DNA of 59,207 nucleotides, filler included, from an uncultured virus (IMG/VR IMGVR_UViG_2049941000_000702) (19 parts of one record of this genome joined end to end with filler, not necessarily neighbours in it), one strand, 5' to 3'. Counted from the whole stretch's first letter, positions 36,001 through 48,381 are shown. The notes: generated from the letters alone by a model not told the origin. Program-made: numbers and translations.

Positions 36001-37861
36001 TCGCTGTTCAGCACAGGCGTGATCGCCCTGCCCATGACCCGGGCGTACTCCCGTCCCGCCTCAAGCCGCTCGGCGTTATACCACTCGTTCAGCTGGGCAA
36101 GGGCCGCTTCCTTTTCCGTCTCGTCGGTCATCAGCTGCACGAGGGCGTAGCGGCTGTCGTACTGTTCGTCCAGTGCTTTGTTGACCGCCTGCATGCCTTC
36201 GGCCCCGGCAAGCAGGGCGTCTTTGTATACATCGATTCCGACGTCCTTGCCCTGAGCCTCAGCGCGGGCGACGGCAGCGTCGATACCGGCCTCCAGCTGG
36301 GAAAAGCCGTCCGTGTCCGCTTCGGAGATCCGGTATTTGATCTCGATCTCCTCACGCTTGAGCAGCAGGGCATTGAGTTCGGCTATATCCTCATCCGTAA
36401 GGAAATATTCCTGCCGTTTGGTGAGNNNNNNNNNNNNNNNNNNNNNNNNNNNNNNNNNNNNNNNNNNNNNNNNNNNNNNNNNNNNNNNNNNNNNNNNNNN
36501 NNNNNNNNNNNNNNNNNNNNNNNNNNNNNNNNNNNNNNNNNNNNNNNNNNNNNNNNNNNNNNNNNNNNNNNNNNNNNNNNNNNNNNNNNNNNNNNNNNNN
36601 NNNNNNNNNNNNNNNNNNNNNNNNNNNNNNNNNNNNNNNNNNNNNNNNNNNNNNNNNNNNNNNNNNNNNNNNNNNNNNTGAACGGGTCGACTGCGTCATC
36701 GTTTTAAACGAGGATACATAGCTTTCTATGGTATCCTTCGTCTCGATCGTATCGTCGGCCCATTCGGACTGCAGGGAGCTCATCCAGTTCCGGGTGCTCC
36801 TGATACCCTTGGTGAAGTCCTCAGCGGTCAGCCCAAAAGTCTCGAGCCCTTTTGAAGCGGAGTAGAAGGTATCCGCCGAGTTGTTTTTCCAGTCTTCAGC
36901 GGTCTCGTTCAGTTGCTTCAGGGCCTCGCGTGCCGCTTTTGCCCCGCTGGCGTAGTCATACAGGGTAACGGCTCCGTACACCGCTGCTGCAGTGAGCGCC
37001 AGCATGGCGATCTTAGAATGCCCTATGACCGAGAGCAGGCCTTTGACGCCGCCGCCCGCCATCGTCACCGCAGCGGAGAGCTTTCCGAAAGCCGTAAACA
37101 GTTTCCCGACTGCGCCGGCAATANNNNNNNNNNAGCCGACAGCGTGTCGTATTTGACCGCTGCCGACTCCGTCAGCTTTGTGTTTTCGTTCCAGGCCTCA
37201 ATGGCCGTTTTCTGTGTGCTCGCAAAAAGCTCTGTGGCGTTGGTCGCCCTCAAAAGTGTGTCTCTCAGCCTTATTTCGCTGATACCGATCTCCTGCAGTG
37301 TAGCGATGGCGGACGCGCCTTCATCGCCTAGCTGGGCCAGACCCACGATAAAGCGCTGGAACACCTCGGCGGGGTCGGCTTCCCACAGGCGCACAAACTC
37401 GTCCTCGGTCATGCCGCATACACTGGCGAAGTCGGTGAGCGCCTGTCCGCCTGTCGCAGCGGCTACTTCCATTTTGACGAGCGCCTTGGAGAAGGTTGAG
37501 CCGCCCATCTGGGCTTCCAGGCCGACGGAAGACAGCGCCGCGGCAAAGCCCACGATCTGCGCTTCGCTCAGACCGACCTGCTTACCGGCGGCTGCGAGGC
37601 GCTTGCTCATTTCGACGATCTCGCTCTCGGTCGTAGCGTAATTGACGCCCAGGGCGACAATAGCCGACGACAGGTTTGTGAACTGATCATGGCTCATGCC
37701 GGTGATATTGGCAAACTTGGCCAGCTGGGTTGCGGCCTCGTTCGCCTCAAGGTCGGTGGACGCCTTGCTCAGGTCGATCATGGCGCGGGTGAATTCCATG
37801 ATGTTTTCCGTATGGATACCCAGCTGACCGGCGGTAGCGACAACCTCCGCAATTTCATCCG
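33030..37861 (-). CDS. Tape measure protein fragments (several variants; Dit fragment 33672-33882 and Tal fragment 34040-34680 interleaved)
   Basis: TP901-type motifs LAKFANITGM, ATTESEIVEM, GLEAQMGGSTFSK; C-terminal GINSPAR / IHSPSHVFRDEIG. Confidence 0.85.
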
Positions 37862-37871
37862 NNNNNNNNNN

Positions 37872-38305
37872 GTCGTAGGATGGCTGGTTGTAACCCTTGT
37901 CCGATTCCTCCAGTATACTGAACCCATAGGCGTACATGGCCTGACGTATGGTTTCCGCCATATCCGTAGGGTCTATGTCGCTCCACAGGTTCATGTACAC
38001 ATAAGTCCTGAACGAAGTGACGTGGTCGTCCTGGTGCGATGCCTCAGTAGTAGTGGACGAGTAGACCACGTACTGCACTGGCGGGTTCTGGTTCGGAGAT
38101 GTAGCTCTCCATACTCCGGCGTACACCGGTATCCCGATATCCTTAAGCGCCTGCTGTACCTGCCTCATCCGCTCACTCCCTTCGCCACGGACGCTTTAAG
38201 CCCCAGGTATGTGCGCTTGAAGCTGTACTCGCCGAGAGTTGAGATATGCCACTTATCTCCCTGAAAGCGCACCCACATCCCGGGCTTGATATCCGCCCTG
38301 TAGCG
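37872..38305 (-). CDS. Head-tail adaptor C-terminus (38165-38305) and tail completion protein (37872-38168)
   Basis: RYRADIKPGMWVRF; MRQVQQALKDIGIPVYAG...YVVY. Confidence 0.7.
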
Positions 38306-38450
38306 NNNNNNNNNNGCCCAGGCCTGAGCCTGAACCGGTAATGGAATCCGAACCGGCACCAAAACCCGAACCCGAACACGACGACCGGGTGAAAGCGGCG
38401 GACCTCGAGAAGAGGCTGCTGCTTCTGAAATAATACGAGGAGAATCACAT

Positions 38451-38691
38451 ATGACCAGAATACTTGAACTGCGCGAAAAGCGCGCGAAACTCTGGAACGA
38501 CACCAAAGCGTTCCTTGACAGCCACCGCGGCGAGGACGGCATGGTCTCTGCCGAGGATAACGCCACCTATGAAAAGATGGAATCCGACGTGGTCGCGCTC
38601 GGTAAGGAGATCGAGCGCCTGGAACGCCAGGCAGCCATCGACCGGGAAATGGACCAGCCCACCGCGGCGCCCCTGGTCTCCCGTCCCGCGA
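38451..38691 (+). CDS. HK97-like major capsid protein N-terminus (contig inverted relative to neighbours)
   Basis: MTRILELREKRAKLWNDTKAFLD...YEKMESDV..LGKEIERLERQ; preceded by a probable Clp-protease tail ...LEKRLLLLK*. Confidence 0.85.
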
Positions 38692-38701
38692 NNNNNNNNN
38701 N

Positions 38702-39153
38702 CCCGGCTGCCGCGCTCATCCAGCGTGATCGTATGATGAGCGCCTTCCGCCTTTCTGGCTTCGATTGGTTCCACGACGACATATGTCCCCAACGGCAGCA
38801 CCCTCGCCAGGAGGGCGGGCACCTTGATTTCGGTACCCTTACGCTTACGAGCTTTTATGTCGGATATTCGTCGACTGGCAGGTTTNNNNNNNNNNGGTAT
38901 CCTAGGCATGGCTGTACTGACCTCCCGCGGTATTGCGCCCCATCTCAGGAGCCTTTCCCGCTCTTTACCGAGCTTCATACGGCGGAATAAACGCATTCGG
39001 TCGCATGTCGGAGTATCAGAGTCTTTGTAACCCCTCACGCGGGGTCAGACAGGAATTTCACCTATCAAATCAGCGCAAAGTTCAATTTCCAATTTAGAAA
39101 TTGGCCTGTTTTATTGCGCGTTTCTGCGCAGATTGTCAGGCAACAGAGCGCAC
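38702..39153 (-). mobile_element. Group II intron, 5' part (domain I), inserted in the major tail protein gene
   Basis: GUGCG start at the point where tail-protein homology breaks; GGUGAAAUUCC motif; EBS1 GUCGUC (38775-38780) pairs with exon GAUGAC; EBS2 CGAAU (38866-38870) in a hairpin loop pairs with exon AUUCG. Confidence 0.75.
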
Positions 39154-39345
39154 GTCATCAGCGAATTGGACCTCTGGGTCCGCGTTGTCAGGGGTGACAC
39201 TGGCCTCTATGGCGCCGGCCACCAGCTGCAGGTCGCCGTAGGTATGCGCTTCGTCCGTATCTGTGAGCAGCGGCGCCAGCACCACGTTCTTGAGGCCGAT
39301 GGTGGACGCCACTTTAGGGGAAGCGGCAGGTGTGTTGTTAGGCAT
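39154..39345 (-). CDS. Major tail protein (phi13-like), exon 1
   Basis: STIGLKNVVLAPL...GAIEASVTP...QFADD| then abrupt loss of frame. Confidence 0.8.
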
Positions 39346-39380
39346 GATAGTATCTCCTTGTTATTCTATTGTGTGTATGG

Positions 39381-39794
39381 TTACGGTTTCAGCGCGTCAC
39401 GCAACACGCGCTTCATTTCCTCGCAGGCGTCCGGATAGCGGACGTCGAATGCGGGCCTGACAAAGGGATGGGGCGGCGCAGGCGCTGGTCCGGCATGGCC
39501 GTATTCGAGCGGATTTGAGTAAAATGCGCCTTTCTCTGAGTGCTTGACACCAATGGTTATCCGCTTGCCCTGTCCGCCGCGCTTCTGTCTTACCCCGTGG
39601 GTGTGTATGGAAGAGTAAAGGTCTCCGGATATTATCTTCGGATCGCTGGACGCGTTCGCTTTCATCTGCTCCTCTATGGGCACCGCGCCAGCCTTGAGTG
39701 CCTCGTCTATTACGTGGCCCTCATTGCCGACAGCGCCGGCCATTTTGAGCAGGCCGTTTGCGAGCTCGTCAAAGCCCTCAGTCTGTATAGGCAT
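39381..39794 (-). CDS. HK97 gp10-like tail component
   Basis: EGFDEL...ALKAGA..SGDLYSSI...LEYGH...PHPFVRPAFD. Confidence 0.85.
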   Translation of the reverse strand: MPIQTEGFDELANGLLKMAGAVGNEGHVIDEALKAGAVPIEEQMKANASSDPKIISGDLYSSIHTHGVRQKRGGQGKRITIGVKHSEKGAFYSNPLEYGHAGPAPAPPHPFVRPAFDVRYPDACEEMKRVLRDALKP

Positions 39795-39828
39795 AGCTTT
39801 TCTCCTCGTATAACACCCNNNNNNNNNN

Positions 39829-42380
39829 GACGTAGCGACGACCGTGCTCATCTGCTCAATCTGCTCATAGAATTCTGTGAACTGTTCTTCCGTGGCGCTG
39901 ACCGTTCGGCGTACATTGGCGAAAGCCTGGTCATAGCTGATCAGTGCTTTTACCGATGCTGTGGCAAGACCGAGAATAGGGGTCGTCAGATACCTGAGCA
40001 TCATACGGCCGGAACGCTGCATGGTACGGCCAAGGGAAACACATTTCTGGGAAAACGCCGTCAGCGCAGCGCACGCCTGTGNNNNNNNNNNGCCGTTTGG
40101 TGAGCAGCTCTTCCACACGGGCATCCAGGGCATCGAGCTCGGCCATGTCCTTTTTGATCTGGGAGTTCATGCCCGTAAAGCCCGCTTCAGACGCGGTATC
40201 TGCCATTTCGCTGAGCGCACTGCGGGTTGAATCTGTCAGTGTCTTGAACGAAGATACATAGCTCTCTATGGTATCCTTCGTTTCGATGGTTTCGTCCGCC
40301 CACTCCGTCGTCAGGGAGGACATCCATTTCCCCGTGGAGGTGATGCCCTTGGTGAAGTCATCGGCAGCGAGCCCAAAAGCCTCCAGACCCTTGGACTCCG
40401 AATAGAATGTCTTTGCCTGGTTATTCTTCCAGTCCTCAGCGGTATCGTTCAGGCTCTGCAGCGCTTCCCGCGCGGCCTTGGCTCCGCTGGCATAATCATA
40501 GAGCTGTACGGCTCCGTACACCGCGGCCGCCGTGAGCGCGAGCATGGCGATCCTTGAGTGCCCGATGACCGATAGCAGGCCTCTAAAACCGCCGCCTGCC
40601 ATCGTCACGGCGGCGGACAGTTTACCGAAAAGCGTGAACAGCTTTCCAAGCGCGCCGGTGATGTAACCAAGGTTCCTTATAAGGGTTCCCGTAATCAGGA
40701 TGACAGGTCCGATCGCTGCTGCGATCCCAGCCCATTTGATGATATTTTCCCGCTGGCTCTTATCCAGCCCCATAAAAGACGCGATCAGGCTGTTGGCCTT
40801 TTCCATCAGGCTTTCTATGGTTGGCGTGAGATCGCGGGCGATCTGCCTGCCCGCCACCAGCGCTTTATTCTTTAGGTTGGTCAGCNNNNNNNNNNCGTTT
40901 GGTGAGCAGCTCTTCCACCCTGGCATCCAAAGCATCGAGCTCGGCCATGTCGGCCTTGATCTGGGTATTCAGTTTTCCGAATCCCGCCTCGGACGCGGTG
41001 TCAGCCATTTCGGACAGCGCCGAACGGGTCGACTGCGTCATTGTCTTAAACGAAGATACGTAGCTTTCGATCGTATCCTTCGTCTCGATCGTATCGTCAG
41101 CCCATTCGGACCGCAGGGAGCTCATCCAGCTCCGTGTGCTCTTTATACCTTTAGTGAAGTCCTCGGCGGTCAGTCCAAAACTCTCGAGTCCTTTTGACGC
41201 GGAATAGAAGGTATCCGCGGCGTTGCTTTTCCAGTCTTCAGCGGTCTCATTCAGTTGCTTCAGGGCCTCACGTGCCGCTTTTGCTCCGCTGGCGTAGTCA
41301 TACAGAGTAACGGCTCCGTACACCGCTGCTGCAGTGAGCGCCAGCATGGCGATCTTCGAGTGCCCAATGACTGAAAGCAGGCCTTTTACGCCGCCTCCCG
41401 CCATGGTCACGGCAGCGGACAGTTTGCCAAAAGCTGTGAACAGTTTCCCGACCGCGCCGGCGATGTAGCCTATGTTCTTTATAAGGGTTCCTGTAATCAG
41501 GATAACTGGCCCGATAGCGGCTGCTATCGCCGCCCATTTGATGATGTGCAATACCGCTCGTNNNNNNNNNNCAGGGTGGCGATGGCGCTGACTCCCTCGT
41601 CGCCCAGCTTAGACAGGCCCACTATGAACTTCTGGAACACGTCGGAGGGGTCGGCCGCCCACATGCGTCTGAACTCTTCTTCCGACAGACCGCATACCTT
41701 GGCAAAGTCTGTAAGCGCCTGTCCGCCCGTAGCGGCGGCGACTTCCATCTTGACTAAAGCCTTGGAGAAAGTGGAACCGCCCATCTGGGCTTCCAGGCCT
41801 ACCGAGGACAGCGCCGCGGCGAAGCCCACTATCTGCGCCTCTGATAGACCTACCTGTTTGCCCGCTGCTGCCAGGCGTTTGCTCATCTCTACTATCTCGC
41901 TCTCGGTAGTGGCGTAGTTGACGCCCAGCGCTACCACAGCGGAGGACAGATTGGTGAACTCATCATGGCTCATGCCGGTTATATTGGCGAACTTGGCCAG
42001 TTCCGTAGCGGCCTGGTTGGCCTCCAGGTCGGTGGACGCCATGCCCAGGTCTATCATCGCCCGGGTGAAGTCCATTATGTTCTCTGAATGNNNNNNNNNN
42101 GGGAGACCATGGACTGCTTAAGGGAATTGATGGAGTTTATGTTCTGCCGGTACGCGGCATCCACGGAAGCATAGACAGCAGTGGTGCGTTCCACCTCGGC
42201 GTGCTGACGGGCGATCTCCGCGTTGAGCGGAGCCATCTGTGCTTTGGCTTCAGCCAGCCGCGCGGAGTACTTGGCCAGGTACCCTTCCGTCGCCAGCATC
42301 TTGTTATTGGCTTCGGATAGATGAGCGGAGTACTGCCTGACCGCTGCGTTTTGGAGCATTACGGTCTGTTCCAGCATCTG
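39829..42380 (-). CDS. Tape measure protein fragments (additional variants)
   Basis: Repeated homologous blocks (KWAGIAAAIGPVIL, YDYASGAKAAREAL) present three times in the window. Confidence 0.85.
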
Positions 42381-42506
42381 CTTCTGCGATCGACGCGCCT
42401 ATGGGCNNNNNNNNNNNNNNNNNNNNNNNNNNNNNNNNNNNNNNNNNNNNTTAATTAATTAANNNNNNNNNNNNNNNNNNNNNNNNNNNNNNNNNNNNNN
42501 NNNNNN

Positions 42507-43355
42507 TTCCCTGAGCGCCCTGGGGTTCTTTACCGTGTTCGGGTGCGTCAGTATGCCGGAAGGCCGCGCGCCGTTTGAAAAAAACTTGCTGCCGTACTCC
42601 TCGGAAGCGATGCCCAAGCCTATGGCGTTCTTTTCCAGCGCTATGGGGCTGTAGCCCATTACGCCGTNNNNNNNNNNCTCCCTGAGCGCCTTGGGGTTCT
42701 TTACCGTGTTCGGATGCGTCAGTATACCTGAAGGCCGCGCACCGTTGGAGAAGAACTTGCTGCCGTACTCCTCCGACGCGATGCCCAGGCCTATGGCGTT
42801 CTTTTCCAGCGCTATGGGGCTGTAGCCCATTACGCCGTCGAAACCAAGGCCCGGTATGTGCAGCACGTCCTCAGGCGGTAGGATGACGGTCTGACCTGTC
42901 GCCGTGGAATAGGTATAGGTCAGCGCGCCGTTCTTGTCCCTGTCCACGGTCATCTTGTCCGGCAGCAATGGATATACTCCCGAGATCTTATTCCGCCCGT
43001 TGCGGATGATCTGGCTGTAGCTGTTGCCCCACAGAAGCAGGTGTCCCAGCATGACCTCCCTTAATACGAAAGACGTCATCTCGCTGTTGGGCTCGTCGTG
43101 GAGCAGGCGGTACAGCGGATGCTCCGTAGCCTTACGGTTGCCTTCGTTCGTGGCCTCGTACACGCCCAGCGGCAGGCTGGCCACCGTCTCCGAGATCACG
43201 CGGACGCAGGCGTAGACTGTGGAAAGCTGGATCGCAGTTGTGGCGTTGACCGCTTTCCCCGAGCCGCTGGTGCCGAAGTAGAAGGTCGGCGCGGCGCTGA
43301 CTGAATCCTGGGGCTTGTCCCGGGCGCGGAATAATGCGGTGAATGGATTCTTCAT
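42507..43355 (-). CDS. HK97-family portal protein (partial, two variants)
   Basis: STVYACVRVISETVASLPL, LLHDEPNSEMT, LLLWGNSY, VLHIPGLGFDGVMGYSPI. Confidence 0.95.
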
Positions 43356-43368
43356 GCGCGTTATCTCC

Positions 43369-43849
43369 TTACATTCCTGATCCTGTCTTCTGGTTGTGGT
43401 GTCTTTCACATAAACTCTGCCAGTTGTTTTCGTCCCAGAACAGCATCTTGTCACCTCTATGCGGTATGATGTGATCGACAACCGTCGCCGGGGTTATTTC
43501 TCCATTTTTCAGGCACTCGATGCACAGCGGATGTCGGTTTAGATAGCGTTTCCGGGCCGTGCGCCAGCGGGCGTCGTAACCCCTCGCGTCAGCGCCGCCG
43601 CGCATCCTGTCGCCGCTCNNNNNNNNNNGTCCCGGTCACCCCGATGCGGTATAATGTGGTCGACAACCGTCGCCGGCGTTATGTCTCCCTTTTTCAGGCA
43701 CTCGATGCACAGCGGATGTCGGTTTAGATAGCGTTTCCTGGCCGTGCGCCACCGGGAATCGTATCCCCGTGTGTCCGCTCCACCCCGCAGCCGGTCGCTG
43801 CTCCACGCCATATGATCCCTGCAGAATACCTCGCCCTGCACGCAGAAAC
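43369..43849 (-). CDS. Phage packaging-associated HNH endonuclease (two variant fragments)
   Basis: RGYDARW...HPLCIECL...ATVVDHIIPHRGD...NWQSLCERHHNQKT. Confidence 0.9.
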
Positions 43850-43949
43850 NNNNNNNNNNNNNNNNNNNNNNNNNNNNNNNNNNNNNNNNNNNNTTAATTA
43901 ATTAANNNNNNNNNNNNNNNNNNNNNNNNNNNNNNNNNNNNNNNNNNNN

Positions 43950-44287
43950 CCGCGCCGACCTTGAAGCCCGCGTCCTCATATGCGTCGTGGAATACCCGCG
44001 CTTTGGCCGTGGCGTAAAACACATATATACTGGCGTCCGGGGCCATAAAGTCATGAAAGCAATTGAATGCTTTCAGCAGGAACTCGTACCCGTCCCTGTC
44101 GTTCAGGTCGTCGTTGGCTATTTTCCCTACCGAGCTTTCCAGCTTGACCAGGTAAGGCGGGTCGGTGCAGACCAGGTTGACCCTGGTATCGCCGAGCAGG
44201 CGTTCGTATGTTTCAGGCATAGTTGAATCACCGCAGGTCACGGTATGCCTGCCCAGATGCCATATGTCTCCCGGGCGGGAGAAGCAC
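43950..44287 (-). CDS. N6A/N4C DNA methyltransferase (fragment)
   Basis: GDIWHLGRH...CGDST...VCTDPPY. Confidence 0.9.
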
Positions 44288-44414
44288 NNNNNNNNNNGGG
44301 CTGATCCAGTGGATAGATATCCTTCAGATAATGAAAACAGGAACGCGTCTCACATATGCGTTCCCGTTTGCGCTCGGATTTCCGTTTCAACCGCGATACG
44401 TCCTNNNNNNNNNN

Positions 44415-45655
44415 GGACTCAACGATCTTGATGCGGTCCTTAAGGACGGGCGACTGCACGACCATGTCCCGNNNNNNNNNNCGACTCTACGATCTTGATG
44501 CGGTCCTTAAGGACGGGCGACTGCACGACCATGTCCCGCGCCACGTCGAATACTATGCTTGCCTGCTGCCGGTCGTTCGCGCAGCCGTAGATCTCCGCGC
44601 CTTCCTCGTGGTCAGCGCAGAGCATGTACAGCGCGACCGCCGCGGCGAGCTCGCTGTTGTGCGTAGGCACGAAGGAGCGCCCCGCCAGGTAGCAGCGGCT
44701 GGGGCTGTCGACCTGGATACAGCGCATTTTCACNNNNNNNNNNGACCAGCACCAACGCGGTAAGGTCGCTGGTAGATGACAGGTCAAGCCCCGCGTAGCA
44801 GGCCCGGCCCTCGAGATCATCCGCTGTATACATATCGCCGCAGGCGTCCCACTTGTNNNNNNNNNNGGTCCTCGAACGCGGTGAAGCGTATAGTGTACAG
44901 GGTCTCTCCCGTCGGTATCCCGTACCGGGCGGACGGTTCATCCGTCATGGCGTTCTTTATGCCCAGGCTCCACAGCAGCTCACGCACATCCTCCGCCAGC
45001 TGCTTTACGGTACTCACGTAGGTGCTCTGGGACTTCACCGTGCTTACGCTGCCGTCGGAATCCATCAGCCCCTGCAGCAGCGCCCACCGCTGCGCCGCGG
45101 AGGCGCACAGGTATTCGTTCGGTATGTGTTTCTCCCTGAAGCAGCGCAGNNNNNNNNNNCCATGGGCATCCATCGCACGGACGTGTTCGTCCACTGGCAG
45201 AGATGGAACTGCCTGAACTGTATCTCCTCCGCGGGATTCTCCCTTGCCGACTGGCAGCGCTGCCTGTAGTACTCCATATCCACCGTCCTGCCCAGTGACG
45301 GGTTCGCCGCCTTCCAAACGCCTGGATCGGTCCAGTCGGCCGTGTCCGGAGCGCTGTACACCACGGGATAGAACGTGGGATCGTACTTCCTGCCCTCGAG
45401 CTGGTCTATCGCCTTCCGGTGCACTTCGTAGCATATGCTGTGCCGGTCGGAGCCCGCAGTGGTTATTACGAAGTTCAGCGGCTGTTTTCTCGCAGCGCCG
45501 GAGCCCTGAGTCATCGTCTCGTACAGGCGGCGGTTGCTTTGGCCGAGCAGCTCGTCGAAAATGCAGGCGTGCACGTTGTACCCGTACTTGCTGGCGACTT
45601 CGCTGGACAACGCCTGGTATATGCTCCGGGTGGGCATGTATACGAGCCGCTTCTG
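44415..45655 (-). CDS. Terminase large subunit type B with LAGLIDADG intein (fragments)
   Basis: Intein end CIQVDSPSRCYLAGRSFVPTHN|SELAAAV (junction 44656/44655); endonuclease QRWALLQGLMDSDG (44867-45149); Walker B CIFDEL and ITTAG (45160-45655). Confidence 0.88.
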
Positions 45656-45665
45656 NNNNNNNNNN

Positions 45666-46444
45666 GGCGTTCCAGCGGTCGTAGGCGATCTCCCGGATAT
45701 TGAACCTCTCGCCCAGTTTCAGTATGTACTGTTCTATGAACCCATAGTGCACCACATTGCCTTCGGTTGTATGCAGGTAACCCTGCTTTTCCCATTTGTC
45801 GTACATGACGTGGTCCCTGCGCACCCTGAGTTTCAGCGTGTCTTCCGGCAGCCAGAAGTGGGGGATGACTATGTAATTCTCATCCTCGTCCCTCGGCGGG
45901 AACACCAGCACCATTGCGGTCAGGTCGCTGGTAGAAGACAAGTCCAGCCCGGCATAGCATTCCCTGCCCTCCAGTTCGGATTCATCCACAGCTCCTCCGC
46001 ATTCGTCCCACTTGTCCATGGGCATCCAGCGCACCGACTGCTTGACCCACTGGTTCAGACGCAGCTGTCGGAACATGTTCTCGTCAGCAGGCGTTTCCTG
46101 GGCTTTCCTGAACGCGTCGCGTACCTTGTCTATGCCTATGGTCTTGTCCAGCGAGGGATTCGCCTTATACCAGTTCTTTTCGTCCGTCCAGTCCGCCTCG
46201 TCCGGCAGTCCGTACAGCACGGGATAAAAGCGCGGGTCGTCTTTCCTGCCCTCTATGATGTCCAGCGCCTTCTGGTGCACTTCCCAGCATATGGACTCCC
46301 TGTCGGTGCCGGCGGTGGTAAGCAGGAACCACAGCGGCTGTCTCCTCGCGTCGCCCGAGCCCTGGGTCATAACGTCGTACAGCGCCCTGGTCGGCTGCGT
46401 GTGCAGCTCGTCGAATATACTGTACGCGTCGCTGGCGATGCCCC
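45666..46444 (-). CDS. Terminase large subunit type A (partial)
   Basis: IFDELH, LTTAG, KANPSL, FRQLRLNQW, YAGLDLSSTSDLTA, IAYDRWNA. Confidence 0.95.
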
Positions 46445-46637
46445 NNNNNNNNNNNNNNNNNNNNNNNNNNNNNNNNNNNNNNNNNNNNNNNNNNNNNNNN
46501 NNNNNNNNNNNNNNNNNNNNNNNNNNNNNNNNNNNNNNNNNNNNNNNNNNNNNNNNNNNNNNNNNNNNNNNNNNNNNNNNNNNNNNNNNNNNNNNNNNNN
46601 NNNNNNNNNNNNNNNNNNNNNNNNNNNNNNNNATCCG

Positions 46638-47247
46638 TTATTTCAGATAATCGGCGAAATTGATGGGATCCAGCGCGATCAGCAGGTAGTTCGGATACTC
46701 GTTGCCTTCCGCGTCCACGTAGGGAGTGAACTCGATATCGCTGCCGGTGGCCTCGTTGTAGCACTGGTTGAGTACGGCGATGTCCAGCTTGCCGTCGGTC
46801 TTGCCTTCGGCGTACAGGCGCGCATAGGCAAATCCGGCGTTGATCATGGACATGTTAACAGGCAGTGCCCAGGTGGAGAACCGGTCGATGGCGTTGTTGT
46901 CGTTCAGGTAATTGGCCAGATTGATGATGGCGCCTTCGATATCGTCGTAAGCGGCGGTCAGACCGAACGCTTCCTGGAAGCCATGATACGGGCTGGGGCA
47001 GCAGGGCAGGGCGTAGTAGGCGTNNNNNNNNNNTGCAGTAGAAGCAAACTTTCTTGCCTTCATACTCCTGCATGACCTTCGGGATATCTTCCAGAACGGC
47101 AGCCTGCGCACCGCTCATGCCTGCGTCACCGGTAGGATCGGGACAGTCGCGCTCTACGAAGGTAATGCCATAGGTCTCGGCAGTGTCCTTCATGGCGTCG
47201 CGCTTGGCAACAATGGTCTCATAGGAGAGGTGACGGGCGAAGGAGTA
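46638..47247 (-). CDS. DUF3798-like extracytoplasmic protein (gapped, host-like)
   Basis: YSFARHLSYETI..RDAM...PDPTGDAG.SGAQ..VLEDIP; PCCPSPYHGF. Confidence 0.65.
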
Positions 47248-47756
47248 NNNNNNNNNNCTTCATGGGGTATAACGATAAAATGGCTAGGACTAATACGGTC
47301 TTGCGATTAGTCTTGTGAATGTAATGTGACATATAAAGAACATACGTATACAAACGCATAGAACTTTATTTGAAACATGAATGGTTGACTTATGTATCAG
47401 ACAAGTTATCTATTTGTGTGATTGTATGATTCCGTTTTAACCAATTCCTTTTTGCACATTTCAAACAGCACTTCGAGGCGATCGGCCGGAGTGCCATATC
47501 TGGATGCAGGTGATCCTTTGTATTCTTCGTTGCGCAGCTTGAAATCATCAATATACGGTTCATAATAATCATCATAATTGACGCAGAAAACATGGGCCGA
47601 CTCCTTTGCCCCCCGCGGGGTCTCCCACATCATGATACCTTTGGCTATGGCCATATAATAACTGATTTTATCGAGTGCCTCNNNNNNNNNNNNNNNNNNN
47701 NNNNNNNNNNNNNNNNNNNNNNNNNNNNNNNNNNNNNNNNNNNNNNNNNNNNNNNN

Positions 47757-48117
47757 TAAATACTGAAACCAGTCTGTGCAAGGTCGTTTTCTCGTCCGGC
47801 ATAATGATGTACACGACCGTTTTTTCCATGCCGACATCTGAGAAATCGATATCATTGACCGATAGCATATCCTGCAGCGCTTTACGGCTGTACAGGAACT
47901 GCACGCCGGCTTTATAGCTGACTATAATATTACTTGTTGTCCTTTCCGCACCGCAAAGCACGGATTCGAGGTTTATCCTGGCCAGTGAGTCTGGACTGTA
48001 ATGCTTGATCATCTCCCGCGCGCACGATTTCCTGTCCACGCAGGACACATCTTCCGCATCCAGGTTCTCGCTCAGCTTCTGTACGGCGCGCAGGCTTATC
48101 TCTGGATATCCTTGGTT
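47757..48117 (-). CDS. VirD4/TraG-like coupling-protein family fragment
   Basis: DIDFSDVGMEKTVVYIIMPDEKTTLHRLVSVF. Confidence 0.65.
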
Positions 48118-48127
48118 NNNNNNNNNN

Positions 48128-48381
48128 GCTGTCGCCGACATTGCACCCTACGGATCCATTCTTGTCCAATACTAGCATCGCCGCAGTAGTTCCGCAAGCA
48201 GTCAGCTTATTCTCCTCCGAATAGCCGCAGATCCGACGATTGATCCTTAAACATAATTCGTTTAGCGCCTGTCGATCCAATCTCTGTTGCCATTCTGATG
48301 CGTTTCTGGCTGCAATATATGAGGCCATTTCACCGTCCTGTTCGCCCCCCATACCGTCAAACACACCAAGACTTATCGAAG
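48128..48381 (-). CDS. PP2C-family phosphatase fragment
   Basis: GVFDGMGG...GEMAS...CGTT...NVGDS. Confidence 0.85.

Noticed and set aside
38316..38691. Capsid gene inverted relative to the structural operon
   Set aside because: Bounded by gaps on both sides; contig orientation artefact
4168..42380. Apparent tandem duplication of tail, tape-measure, holin and portal genes
   Set aside because: Copies are gap-bounded SNP variants, best explained by co-assembled related prophages or strains
42381..42406. Short exact repeats at contig ends (matches ~34957-34982; also ~59186-59207 matches 56401-56424)
   Set aside because: Located at contig termini; assembly artefacts rather than att sites
46415..46444. 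Non-canonical residues (GIASDAYS) before terminase Walker B, possible insertion end
   Set aside because: Only ~30 nt at a contig edge with no intein or intron terminus motif; likely chimeric
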